This document shows positions 9,331-18,810 of a DNA stretch of 32,000 nucleotides, one piece after another (position 1 is the first letter of the stretch; each line of letters opens with the position of its first letter). Source of the DNA: Candidatus Saccharimonadota bacterium. Its GTDB lineage: Bacteria; Bacteroidota; Bacteroidia; Flavobacteriales; Blattabacteriaceae. The notes beneath the pieces are model-generated. The model saw nothing but the letters and a program-made list of their open reading frames with translations. It had not been told where the DNA came from and searched no databases. Location: assembly GCF_014252315.1 (NCBI RefSeq), contig NZ_CP059216.1, positions 538,038 through 570,037 on the forward strand. The letters run 5' to 3'. The translations under genes and the position numbers were made by a program.

Positions 9331-10734
9331 ATGAAAATTCGTTATATTGATTTAATAGATCAATCTTTTGATTTTCCTACAGAGGAATTTTCTATTAAAA
9401 ATAATCTACTAGAATTTCATGGTATACCATTAATGAATCTTATACAAAGATACGGAACACCATTAAGATTTACATATCTACCAAAAATATCTCAAAATAT
9501 AAAAAAAGCAAAAAATTGGTTTAAAAAAGCAATTAATTATAATAGATATAATAATAAATATACTTATTGTTATTGCACAAAAAGCTCTCATTTCTCGTTT
9601 ATCTTAGAAGAAGTAATAAAAAATAATATTAGTATAGAAACTTCATACGCTTATGATATAGAAATTGTAAAAAATCTTTATAAAAATAATAAAATAGACA
9701 AAAAAATTGAAGTTATATGCAACGGATTTAAAACTAAAAATTATATAAATAACATATCAGAACTTATAAATAATGGATTTTATAATACTATTCCTGTTCT
9801 TGATAATTATGAAGAATTAGAAAAACTAAGTTCAATTATTAATAATCCATTTAAATTAGGAATTAGAATTGCTTCTGAAGAAGAACCTAAATTTGAATTT
9901 TATACTTCTAGATTAGGAATTGGATATAAAAACATTATTATATTTTATTTAAACAAAATAAAAAATAATCCAAAAGTAAATTTAAAAATGCTACATTTTT
10001 TTATTAATACAGGAATAAAAGATAGCGCTTACTATTGGAATGAATTATTTAAATGCCTACAGATTTATGCTGAATTAAAAAAAATATCTCCAGGATTAAA
10101 TATTTTAAATATAGGAGGAGGATTCCCTATAAAAACATCTATGTCTTTTAAATATGATTATGAATATATGATAAACGAAATTATATATCAAATAAAAAAA
10201 TTTTGTCAGAAAGAAAGAGTTCAAGAACCTCATATATATACAGAATTTGGTACATATACAGTAGGAGAAAGTGGTGGTATTTTATATAAAATATTAAGTC
10301 AAAAACGTCAAAATGATAAAGAAAAGTGGAATATGATTGATAGTTCTTTTATGACTACACTTCCTGATACTTGGGCTATAAGTAGTAGATTTATAATGAT
10401 GGCTATTAATCGTTGGAATGATTTTTATGAAAGAGTTTTTTTAGGAGGATTAACTTGCGACAGTGATGATTATTATAATTCTGAACAACATATAAATGCA
10501 ATATATCTTCCTTGTTATAGGAACAATATTCCATTATACATAGGATTTTTTAATATTGGAGCTTATCAAGATACAATTAGTGGATATGGCGGCGTTCATC
10601 ATTGTTTAATGCCTCAACCTATTCATATATTAATAGATAAGGATAATAAAAATAAAAGAAAATTAAAATACAGAATATTTAGGAAATTTCAGAATTATAA
10701 AGAAATATTGAAAATATTAGGATATAAAAAATAA
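9331..10734 (+). CDS. speA: Fold-type III PLP-dependent decarboxylase, probably arginine decarboxylase
   Basis: The layout resembles ODC/DapDC/ADC enzymes: a candidate PLP-lysine in YCYCTKSSHF and the glycine loop NIGGGFPI. Size and N-terminus resemble the ~460-aa flavobacterial arginine decarboxylases. It is translationally coupled (TAATG) to an agmatinase gene. Confidence 0.7.
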   Translation: MKIRYIDLIDQSFDFPTEEFSIKNNLLEFHGIPLMNLIQRYGTPLRFTYLPKISQNIKKAKNWFKKAINYNRYNNKYTYCYCTKSSHFSFILEEVIKNNISIETSYAYDIEIVKNLYKNNKIDKKIEVICNGFKTKNYINNISELINNGFYNTIPVLDNYEELEKLSSIINNPFKLGIRIASEEEPKFEFYTSRLGIGYKNIIIFYLNKIKNNPKVNLKMLHFFINTGIKDSAYYWNELFKCLQIYAELKKISPGLNILNIGGGFPIKTSMSFKYDYEYMINEIIYQIKKFCQKERVQEPHIYTEFGTYTVGESGGILYKILSQKRQNDKEKWNMIDSSFMTTLPDTWAISSRFIMMAINRWNDFYERVFLGGLTCDSDDYYNSEQHINAIYLPCYRNNIPLYIGFFNIGAYQDTISGYGGVHHCLMPQPIHILIDKDNKNKRKLKYRIFRKFQNYKEILKILGYKK

Positions 10735-11591
10735 TGTTAAATACTTTTTCTAACATATCTAAAGAATACTCTACTTTAGAAAATTCTAATATAGTAATTA
10801 TTCCAGTTCCATATGATTATACACAAACATGGAGAAAAGGATCAAAATATGGACCAAAAGCATTTTTATCTGCATCAAATCATATAGAATTATATGATAT
10901 TGAAACAAATTTTGAAGTATATAGAAAAGGAATATTTACTGCTCCATTTATTGATATAAAATCAAATTATCCAATAAAAATGGTTAATAAAGTATATGAT
11001 ACTACAAAAAAATTTATTATGAAAAATAAATTTGTTACTCTTATTGGAGGAGATCATTCTATATCCATAGGTAGTATACGTGCATTTGGAGAGAAATATT
11101 CTAATATTAGCATTCTTCATATGGATGCTCATACAGATTTAAGGCCAATATATCAAGGATCTAAATATAATCATGCATGTTCAATGTATGAAGCTTCTCA
11201 AAAATATATATTGGTTCAAGTAGGAATACGAAGTATGGATATAACAGAAAAAAAATATATTCAAAAAAATAATATATTCTATATGCATGATATACATTCA
11301 GATAAATATTGGATAAATAAAGTTATTGAAAGATTATCTAATTATGTATTTATTAGTATAGATATAGATGTTTTTGATCCTAGTATAGCTCCTGCAACTG
11401 GAACTCCTGAACCAGGAGGATTAGATTGGTATACAAGTTTAAAACTATTAAAAAAAGTTTTAAAAAAAAAAAATGTAATAGGATTTGACATTGTAGAATT
11501 ATTACCTTTTAAAAAAGATTTTTCTACAGATTTTTTAACAGTTAAACTTTTTTATAAATTATTATCATATAAGTATTGTATAAATTTATGA
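10734..11591 (+). CDS. speB: Agmatinase (ureohydrolase family)
   Basis: Arginase/agmatinase Mn-binding signatures are present: GGDHSIS, HMDAHTDL and SIDIDVFDPSIAPATGTPEPGG. The stop is TGA and overlaps the cmk ATG. Confidence 0.82.
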   Translation: MLNTFSNISKEYSTLENSNIVIIPVPYDYTQTWRKGSKYGPKAFLSASNHIELYDIETNFEVYRKGIFTAPFIDIKSNYPIKMVNKVYDTTKKFIMKNKFVTLIGGDHSISIGSIRAFGEKYSNISILHMDAHTDLRPIYQGSKYNHACSMYEASQKYILVQVGIRSMDITEKKYIQKNNIFYMHDIHSDKYWINKVIERLSNYVFISIDIDVFDPSIAPATGTPEPGGLDWYTSLKLLKKVLKKKNVIGFDIVELLPFKKDFSTDFLTVKLFYKLLSYKYCINL

Positions 11592-12340
11592 ATAAAAAAA
11601 ATATTATTATAGCTGTAGATGGATTATCATCTTCTGGAAAAAGTACTATATCAAAAATAATTGCTAAAAAATTTAATTTTAAATATATAGATACTGGATC
11701 TATTTATAGATGTATTACTTTGTTAGCTATTAACAAAAATGTTTTCAATAGTAATTTGTGGAATATAAAAAATTTTATTCCTTTTGTAAAAAATATAAAT
11801 ATAAAAATTTGTTGGAATTATAAAATATTTGATAATGATATTTTTTTAAATGAAAAAAATGTACGTAATAAAATTAGATCAATAAATGTTACAGAAAAAG
11901 TAGCTTTTATAGCTAGAATTCCAGAAATACGAAATATTGTTACAAAAATTATAAAAAAAAATATTATAAATAAGAATAAAGGATTTGTAATTGATGGTAG
12001 AGATATTGGAAATTATATGTTTCCTGATTCAAATTTAAAATTTTTTATAAAAAGTCCTATAGATATTAGATCCTATAGAAAATATAAATATTTTTTAAAA
12101 AAAGGGTTTGAATCAATATCTTATGAAAAAATAAAAAAAAATATTATAATTAGAGATGAAATAGATATTTGTAGAAAATATTTTCCTCTAATAAAATCTG
12201 CAGATCATATAGAAATAAATAATTGCCTATCAATAGGAGATCAAACAAATTTAATGTTTAAAATAATTAATAAAGAAATTTATGAAACTTTTAAAAAAAA
12301 AATTAGCTGTAGTTACAGGAGGAACTGGGGGAATAGGTAA
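11588..12340 (+). CDS. cmk: Cytidylate kinase
   Basis: The P-loop is IIAVDGLSSSGKSTISK, followed by YIDTGSIYR. I prefer the ATG at 11588 (MNKKNIII) over the TTG at 11576 used by the track. The 3' end runs 59 nt into fabG in another frame. Confidence 0.87.
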   Translation: MNKKNIIIAVDGLSSSGKSTISKIIAKKFNFKYIDTGSIYRCITLLAINKNVFNSNLWNIKNFIPFVKNINIKICWNYKIFDNDIFLNEKNVRNKIRSINVTEKVAFIARIPEIRNIVTKIIKKNIINKNKGFVIDGRDIGNYMFPDSNLKFFIKSPIDIRSYRKYKYFLKKGFESISYEKIKKNIIIRDEIDICRKYFPLIKSADHIEINNCLSIGDQTNLMFKIINKEIYETFKKKISCSYRRNWGNR

Positions 12341-13019
12341 ATCTATAATAAAAACATTAGTAAAACATGGAGCTAAAGTTATATTTACTTTTTTGTCTTC
12401 AGAAAAGATATCAAAAGAATTAGAATTAGAATTTAGTGGATCAGCAATAGGATATAAGGTAGATTTATCAAATTTAAATTCTTCAAAAGATTTCATTAGA
12501 GATGTTTGTAAAAAAAATGGAAATATAGATATATTAGTAAATAATGCTGGTATTATAAGAGATTCTATTTTAATAAGAATGTCGGAAGATAAATGGATTG
12601 ATGTAATTAAAACAAATCTTTACTCTGTATTTAATATTACTAAATATACAATTTATTATTCCATGATAAAACAAAAAAAAGGAAATATTATTAATATGAG
12701 TTCAATTGTTGGAATAACAGGGAATTATGGACAATCTAATTATGCAGCCTCCAAAGCTGGAATTATAGGATTTACTAAATCTGTAGCAAAAGAGTTTGGA
12801 AAAATAAATATACGTTGTAATGCTATTGCTCCAGGTTATATATTGACAAATATGAATAATCATTTTAATAATTATATAAAAAAAAAATGGATAGAAAATA
12901 TTCCGTTAAATAGACCAGGATATGTTCAAGAAGTTGCAAATTGTGTTTTATTTCTTGCATCAGATTTATCTAGTTATGTAACTGGATCAGTATTAAATGT
13001 AAGTGGTGGATTAGTATAA
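12282..13019 (+). CDS. fabG: 3-oxoacyl-[ACP] reductase
   Basis: SDR signatures are present: VVTGGTGGIGKSI (TGxxxGIG), NNAG and the YxxxK motif in NYAASKAGIIGFTKS. The length (245 aa) is typical for FabG. Confidence 0.87.
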   Translation: MKLLKKKLAVVTGGTGGIGKSIIKTLVKHGAKVIFTFLSSEKISKELELEFSGSAIGYKVDLSNLNSSKDFIRDVCKKNGNIDILVNNAGIIRDSILIRMSEDKWIDVIKTNLYSVFNITKYTIYYSMIKQKKGNIINMSSIVGITGNYGQSNYAASKAGIIGFTKSVAKEFGKINIRCNAIAPGYILTNMNNHFNNYIKKKWIENIPLNRPGYVQEVANCVLFLASDLSSYVTGSVLNVSGGLV

Positions 13020-13041
13020 TATAAAAATTTATTAATTATTT

Positions 13042-14727
13042 ATGTTTTATTCTAATAAAAAAGTTGTACAAATATTAGGAGAAATATTAAAAGCAAATTA
13101 TATATTTAATATAGTTATATCACCAGGATCTAGAAATGCTCCTATTATTATACATTTCACGCAAGATAAAACATTTAAAACTTATAGTATTATAGATGAA
13201 CGTTGTGCTGCTTTTTTTGCATTAGGTATTGCTCAAAAATCTAGAAAACCTGTCGTAATTAATTGCACATCTGGATCATCTGTTGTAAATTATTATCCAG
13301 CTATAACTGAAGCTTTTTATCAAAAGATACCTATTATAATTATTACAGCAGATCGTCCTAAAGAAATTATAGATATTTTTGAAGGACAATCTATTTATCA
13401 AGAAAATATTTTTAATAATCATGTAGAAAAATTTGTTCAACTTACTGAAGATGAATCAAAAAATGGATTATGGTATAATAATAAGTTAATTAATGAATCT
13501 ATTAATAGTTGTATTATAACAAAAAGACCTATACATATTAACATTCCTTTTTCTGAACCTCTTTATGAAAGAACTAATAAACTAAAAATAAAACCTACTA
13601 TTATAAAAACTTTTTTTACAAAAAAAAAAATTGATAATCTTTATAAAGAAATAATTATATGGAACAAATGTAAAAAAAAAATGATTTTATTAGGATTAAA
13701 TAATTATGATGATATAATTAATCTTAATAAAATTATAAAAAAAATAAGTTTAGATTCATCTACTATTGTTTTTGCAGAAACAACATCTCATCTATATGAT
13801 AATATGTTTATTTCAAATATAGATTATGTATTATTTGGAATGAATATTGAAAAATGGAAAAAATTAAAACCTCAAATTTTATTGACATTTGGTATAAACA
13901 TTATATCAAAAAAAATAAAATTATATTTAAGAAAATATCCGCCAAAGTATCATTGGCATATTGGTGAATGTTTTTGCAAAAATTATCCAGATACATATTA
14001 TAATTTAACAAGTTATTTTCCTATTGATCCTAAATCATTTTTTCATATTATTACAAATAGTAAATATTGTGTTTTATCCAATTATAGAAATAATTGGAAA
14101 ACTATTTTAAATAAAAAAATAATAAAGCAAAAATCTTTTCTTAAAAAAGAAAAAAGATTTTCTGATTTAAATTCACTATTTCTTATTTTTTCTATGGTTC
14201 CTAAAGGATCCATTTTACAATTAGGAAATAGTATGATAATAAGATATTATCAATTTTTTAATAATAAAAAAAATAAAATAAAATCATATTGTAATCGTGG
14301 AACTTCAGGAATAGAAGGGTGTGTTTCAACAGCTATAGGATATTCTATAAATAGTGATAAAATTGTTACGTTAATTATTGGAGATATAAGTTTTTTTTAT
14401 GACAGTAATGCTTTATTTAATAATTATACTCCAAATAATTTTAGAATTATATTAATTAATAATGGAAAAGGAAATATTTTTAAAATTATATCGGAAAATA
14501 AAATTCCTAAAAAAACATTAAATTTTTTAGAAACAAAGCACAATCATTCAGCTAAAAAATTATGTGAAATGCATAATTGGAATTACAAAAAAGTAGATAA
14601 TTATAATAAATTAAAAAAAATTTTATTTTTTTTCTGGAAAAAATTTAATAATCCATTTTTATTAGAAGTAGATACAAGAAAATGTAATAATGAAAAAATA
14701 TTTAAAGAATTTTTACTTTATTCTTAA
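13042..14727 (+). CDS. menD: 2-succinyl-5-enolpyruvyl-6-hydroxy-3-cyclohexene-1-carboxylate synthase (menaquinone pathway)
   Basis: This is a ThDP-enzyme layout with a MenD-type N-terminus: ISPGSRNAPIII...DERCAAFFALGIAQ...INCTSGSSVVNYYPAITEAF...IIIITADRP. The C-terminal ThDP motif is GDISFFYDSNAL...NNGKGNIF. Confidence 0.87.
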   Translation: MFYSNKKVVQILGEILKANYIFNIVISPGSRNAPIIIHFTQDKTFKTYSIIDERCAAFFALGIAQKSRKPVVINCTSGSSVVNYYPAITEAFYQKIPIIIITADRPKEIIDIFEGQSIYQENIFNNHVEKFVQLTEDESKNGLWYNNKLINESINSCIITKRPIHINIPFSEPLYERTNKLKIKPTIIKTFFTKKKIDNLYKEIIIWNKCKKKMILLGLNNYDDIINLNKIIKKISLDSSTIVFAETTSHLYDNMFISNIDYVLFGMNIEKWKKLKPQILLTFGINIISKKIKLYLRKYPPKYHWHIGECFCKNYPDTYYNLTSYFPIDPKSFFHIITNSKYCVLSNYRNNWKTILNKKIIKQKSFLKKEKRFSDLNSLFLIFSMVPKGSILQLGNSMIIRYYQFFNNKKNKIKSYCNRGTSGIEGCVSTAIGYSINSDKIVTLIIGDISFFYDSNALFNNYTPNNFRIILINNGKGNIFKIISENKIPKKTLNFLETKHNHSAKKLCEMHNWNYKKVDNYNKLKKILFFFWKKFNNPFLLEVDTRKCNNEKIFKEFLLYS

Positions 14728-15313
14728 TACAAATAAAATAATATATCATAAAAAACCTTTATTCTAGCAAAAATTTCTCTTAAATATATTCTACTAGAAA
14801 TAGATATATTTTTAGCATTAAATCCTATAACATCTAATCCTAAACAATTTCCAATAAAAATAGCTCTTTCGTTATGAAATTTTTGAGATATAATTGTAAA
14901 TTTTTTTTTATTAAAAATTTTATGTACTCTTTCAATAGAAGAAATAGTATCAATTCCATATAAATCTTCATATATCATATGAGGAGGAATTCCCATTTTA
15001 GTTAATTCTTTTTTCATCATTTTTGGTTCATTATAATTTTTTTCTCTGTTATCTCCACTTACAATAATATATTCTATTTTTTTTTTTATAAAAAGATAAT
15101 ATACAGCATCCATTCTATATTTAAAAAAATAATTTAATTTACCTCCAGGTAAATACTTAGAAGTACCTAATACTACACAAAAATTATTAAATGGAATTTT
15201 TTCAATGGAATTATAATTTTTATTAAAAGACCATAAGCTTATACTTATATAAGTAAATATAGTTAGTTTGATAAAAAAAATTATAAAAAAAACATATAAT
15301 TTACTTTTTTCAT
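14724..15313 (-). CDS. sanA: SanA-like / DUF218 (YdcF/ElyC-family) inner-membrane protein whose 5' end is out of frame with its only ATG
   Basis: The track ORF (14724..15113) aligns to the E. coli SanA core (SGDN...NYNEP...ISQKFHNERA...REIFAR). The same frame stays open upstream to 15329. There it encodes the conserved CVVLGTSKYLPGGKLNYFFKYR segment and a TM helix (LYVFFIIFFIKLTIFTYISISLW), but it contains no ATG/GTG/TTG. The only ATG (15313..15311, MKKVNYMFF...) is in another frame and is separated by a T8 run (plus-strand A8, 15285..15292). Confidence 0.7.
15285..15292. repeat. A8 homopolymer (T8 on the coding strand) at the 5' frameshift of the sanA-like gene
   Basis: Counted directly: ttatAAAAAAAAcatataat. 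Confidence 0.9.
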
Positions 15314-15322
15314 AAAAAATTT

Positions 15323-18300
15323 TTATATATCATTATCTTCTATAATCCATTCTCCTTTATTTAAAAATAAATCTGATTGTTTAAATTTAATATTCTTTTT
15401 TTCTCCAGTAATCAAATGACGAATATTAATTCTATTATTTCTTCCAAATTTTTTTTTAGTGATACATGAAATCTTATTTATTAATAAATTAGATTTAAAT
15501 AAAAAAGATATAATTTTTTTATTTATTTCGTATATTCTTTCTTGAAATAAATTGAAAGCATTTTGTTTGTATACTATAAGAGGATCTTTTTGTTCAAAAA
15601 CTGCATTTTGAACTGAAAATCGTAAATTCTCCATCTCTTTTAAATGTTCTTTCCATTTATCGTCTAAAAAATATAGTATAGTTTTCTTTTCTAAAATAGA
15701 AAATATAGATAATCCATTAGTTTTATTAAAAATTTTTAAATCAGATGTACAAGTAATATTTTTAAATCCATCAGTAAAAATAACTTGTATTTTATATAAT
15801 TCTATATTAATATTATGTATAAATGGTTTAATATAATGATCAAGTATGTTTATTTTTCTTTTTTTATAATAATTAATTAACAATTGATGAATTTTATCAA
15901 CATAATCATTTTCTTTACATTCATAAAAATTATTTTTTTTTATTACATATTTTATTCCAAAAATATGGTATAATTCTATTTCCAAATTTTGTAAATTATC
16001 CATTGACCTATTAATTGGAATCATAATATCTAATAAATTATATATCATATTAGATATATCTATATGTAATTCATTTCCAAATAATGCATTTTTTCTTTTA
16101 TTATAAATAAATTCTCTTTGTTTGTTAATTACATCATCATAATCTAATAAACGTTTTCTAATTCCAAAATTATTATCTTCTATTTTTTTTTGTGCTTTTT
16201 CAATAGATCTTGTTAATAATGGATGTTGAATAATATCACCTTCTTTATGCCCAAATTTATCCATTAACTTTGAAAGTTTTTCTGAATCAAAAAACAATCT
16301 AATCAAATCATCTTCTAATGAAATATAAAATTGAGTACTACCAGGATCACCTTGTCTACCAGATCTTCCTCTCAATTGGTTATCAACTCTTCTAGAATCA
16401 TGTCTTTCTGTTCCTATTACAGCTAATCCTCCATTATCAATTACTTCTTTTGATAATTTTATATCTGTTCCTCTTCCAGCCATATTTGTAGCTATTGTTA
16501 CAGATCCTGATAACCCTGCTTTTGATATAATATCAGCCTCTTTATCATGTAGTTTTGCATTTAAAACACTATGTTTTATTTTTCTAAATTTTAATGTTCT
16601 ACTTAATAATTCTGAAACTTCAACAGAAGTAGTTCCAACAAGAACAGGACGTTTTTCTTTTTTGGATAAATTAATTATTTTATTAATTATAGAATTATAT
16701 TTTTCTCTTTTTGTTTTAAATACTAAATCTTGTAAATCTATTCTACGTACTGGTTTATGAGTAGGAACAACTACTACATCTAGTTTATAAATATGCCAGA
16801 ATTCACTAGATTCTGTTTCAGCAGTTCCTGTCATTCCAGATATTTTTTTATACATTCTAAAATAATTTTGTAAAGTTATAGTTGCAAAAGTTTGGCTAGA
16901 ATGTTCTATATTAACATTTTCTTTTGCTTCTATAGCTTGATGTAATCCATCTGAATATCTTCTTCCTTCCATTATTCTACCTGTTTGTTCATCTACTATT
17001 TTAACTTTTTTATTTAAAATAACATAATCAACATCTTTTTCAAATAAAGTATATGCTTTAAGTAATTGATGAATTACATGAATTCTTTGTGATTTAACTA
17101 AAAAATTTTTAAGAATAATATCTTTTTCTCTTATTTCCTCTTCTTTAGATAATTTTTTTTTTTCTATTTCATAAAGTTCTGTATTAATATCTGGTAAAAC
17201 GAAAAATTTTTCATTATTCATATTTCTTGATAAAAATTCAATTCCTTTATCAGTTAATTCTACAGTATTATTTTTTTCATCTATTACAAAATAAAGAGTA
17301 TTATCAACTTTATACATATCTTTTCCATGATCTTGTATATATTGATTTTCAATTTTTTGTAAAAGTGATCGTATATTTTTTTTACTTAAAAACTTTATTA
17401 AAGATTTTTTCTTAGGAAGACCACGATATGCTTGAAATAATTTAAATCCACCTAATTTATTATCTCCATTATTAATTAATATTTTAGATTCTTGTAAAAT
17501 ACTATTAATTATCAAATTTTGTTTATTTACTAGTGTTTCTACTTTATATTTAAAAATTTCAAATTCTTTTTTATTATCTTTATTGGGATCAATTGGTCCA
17601 GATATTATTAAAGGAGTACGTGCTTCATCTATTAATACAGAATCTATTTCATCTATAATCGCATAATTTAAATTTCTTTGTACTAAATCTTCTTTATTTC
17701 CAACCATATTATCACGAAGATAATCAAATCCAAATTCATTATTAGTACCATAAGTTATATCAGCATTATATGCTTTTTTTCTCATGTTAATATCAATAGA
17801 AGGATAATAATCAAGACAATCTACTCTTAATCCATGAAATTCCATTAAAGGCGCCATCCATTCTGTATCTCTTTTAGATAAATAATTATTAACAGTTACT
17901 ATATGTACTCCTTTTCCAGATAAAGCATTTAAATAAGCAGATAAAGTTGCCACAAATGTTTTTCCTTCTCCTGTTGCCATTTCAGCTATTTTTCCATTAT
18001 GTAATATAACTCCACCTATTAATTGAACATCATAATGAACCATATCCCAAACTATAGGATTACCATATACATTCCATATATTATGCCATATAGTATTTCC
18101 ATTTATTAAACAAACATATGGTTTAATTTTTGATAATTCTTTGTCAAAAGATGTAGATTTTACTACAATTCTTTTTTTTTCTTTAAAACGTTTAGCTGTT
18201 TCTTGAATAATAGCAAAAGATTCAGGTAAAATTTTTAGTAAAATTTTTTGTTCTGTTTCATACGATTTATTTTCTATTTCTTTTATTTTAAGAAAAATTT

Positions 18301-18553
18301 TTTCTATTTCATGAATAGAATTATTTTTTTTTAATTTTTCTAATAATTTTTGTTTTTGTATAAAAAATTCTTTATATGATTCTTGAACAATATTTTTTAA
18401 ATAAATAGTTTTATTTCTTAATTCATTATCTGATAATAAACTGATTTCTTTTTTTTTATCTTTAATTTTATCTAAAGTTATACCAATTTCTTTCAGATCT
18501 TTTTCATTTTTATTTAAAAAAAATTTATTTAATATTTTTTTAATAAAATTCAT
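15323..18553 (-). CDS. secA: Preprotein translocase ATPase SecA
   Basis: The 1076-aa ORF carries Walker A MATGEGKTFVATL, the DEAD-like IDEIDSVLIDEARTPLIISG motif, and the TNMAGRGTDIKL and RGRSGRQGDPGS motifs. Confidence 0.97.
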   Translation of the reverse strand: MNFIKKILNKFFLNKNEKDLKEIGITLDKIKDKKKEISLLSDNELRNKTIYLKNIVQESYKEFFIQKQKLLEKLKKNNSIHEIEKIFLKIKEIENKSYETEQKILLKILPESFAIIQETAKRFKEKKRIVVKSTSFDKELSKIKPYVCLINGNTIWHNIWNVYGNPIVWDMVHYDVQLIGGVILHNGKIAEMATGEGKTFVATLSAYLNALSGKGVHIVTVNNYLSKRDTEWMAPLMEFHGLRVDCLDYYPSIDINMRKKAYNADITYGTNNEFGFDYLRDNMVGNKEDLVQRNLNYAIIDEIDSVLIDEARTPLIISGPIDPNKDNKKEFEIFKYKVETLVNKQNLIINSILQESKILINNGDNKLGGFKLFQAYRGLPKKKSLIKFLSKKNIRSLLQKIENQYIQDHGKDMYKVDNTLYFVIDEKNNTVELTDKGIEFLSRNMNNEKFFVLPDINTELYEIEKKKLSKEEEIREKDIILKNFLVKSQRIHVIHQLLKAYTLFEKDVDYVILNKKVKIVDEQTGRIMEGRRYSDGLHQAIEAKENVNIEHSSQTFATITLQNYFRMYKKISGMTGTAETESSEFWHIYKLDVVVVPTHKPVRRIDLQDLVFKTKREKYNSIINKIINLSKKEKRPVLVGTTSVEVSELLSRTLKFRKIKHSVLNAKLHDKEADIISKAGLSGSVTIATNMAGRGTDIKLSKEVIDNGGLAVIGTERHDSRRVDNQLRGRSGRQGDPGSTQFYISLEDDLIRLFFDSEKLSKLMDKFGHKEGDIIQHPLLTRSIEKAQKKIEDNNFGIRKRLLDYDDVINKQREFIYNKRKNALFGNELHIDISNMIYNLLDIMIPINRSMDNLQNLEIELYHIFGIKYVIKKNNFYECKENDYVDKIHQLLINYYKKRKINILDHYIKPFIHNINIELYKIQVIFTDGFKNITCTSDLKIFNKTNGLSIFSILEKKTILYFLDDKWKEHLKEMENLRFSVQNAVFEQKDPLIVYKQNAFNLFQERIYEINKKIISFLFKSNLLINKISCITKKKFGRNNRINIRHLITGEKKNIKFKQSDLFLNKGEWIIEDNDI

Positions 18554-18576
18554 TGATTAATAAATATGAGAATTAT

Positions 18577-18810
18577 TCAAAGTTCATACTCATCTCTATT
18601 CCAATAAAAATCTTCATCATCACGAGGATAGTCTGCCCAAATATCTTCTATAGATTCAAAAATTTCTCCATCACCATTTTCCAATTGTTGTAAATTTTCT
18701 ACTACTTCTAGAGGAGCGCCAGTTCTAACAGCAAAATCAATTAACTCTTCTTTTGTTGCTGGCCATGGAGCATCCTCTAAATGAGATGCTAATTCTAGAG
18801 TCCAATACAT
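18577..18810 (-). CDS. DUF2795-like small acidic protein (77 aa), function unknown, probably co-transcribed with secA
   Basis: The sequence is MYWTLELASHLEDAPWPATKEELIDFAVRTGAPLEVVENL..., which matches the DUF2795 pattern as I recall it (FPAxKxELIxxAxxxGAPxxVxxxL). I prefer the ATG at 18810 over the TTG at 18834 used by the track, because homologues start MYWT. The stop is TGA, 23 nt before the secA ATG. Confidence 0.75.
   Translation of the reverse strand: MYWTLELASHLEDAPWPATKEELIDFAVRTGAPLEVVENLQQLENGDGEIFESIEDIWADYPRDDEDFYWNRDEYEL

Noticed and set aside
12251-12496. An 81-aa minus-strand ORF across the cmk/fabG junction.
   Set aside because: It is antisense to two well-supported genes. 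Its translation is the mirror of the FabG glycine-rich NAD(P)-binding motif (PIPPVPPVTT) and is not a real protein signature.
15323-15480. The SecA C-terminus lacks the Cys/His zinc-finger (CPCGSGKK-type) tail.
   Set aside because: The tail ...FGRNNRINIRHLITGEKKNIKFKQSDLFLNKGEWIIED resembles what I recall for other flavobacterial SecA proteins, which also lack the zinc finger. It is probably lineage-typical rather than a symbiont-specific loss. I cannot verify this without an alignment.
17227-17415. A 62-aa plus-strand ORF inside secA.
   Set aside because: It is antisense to secA, has a Y/F/L/Q-rich low-complexity translation, and has no independent start context.
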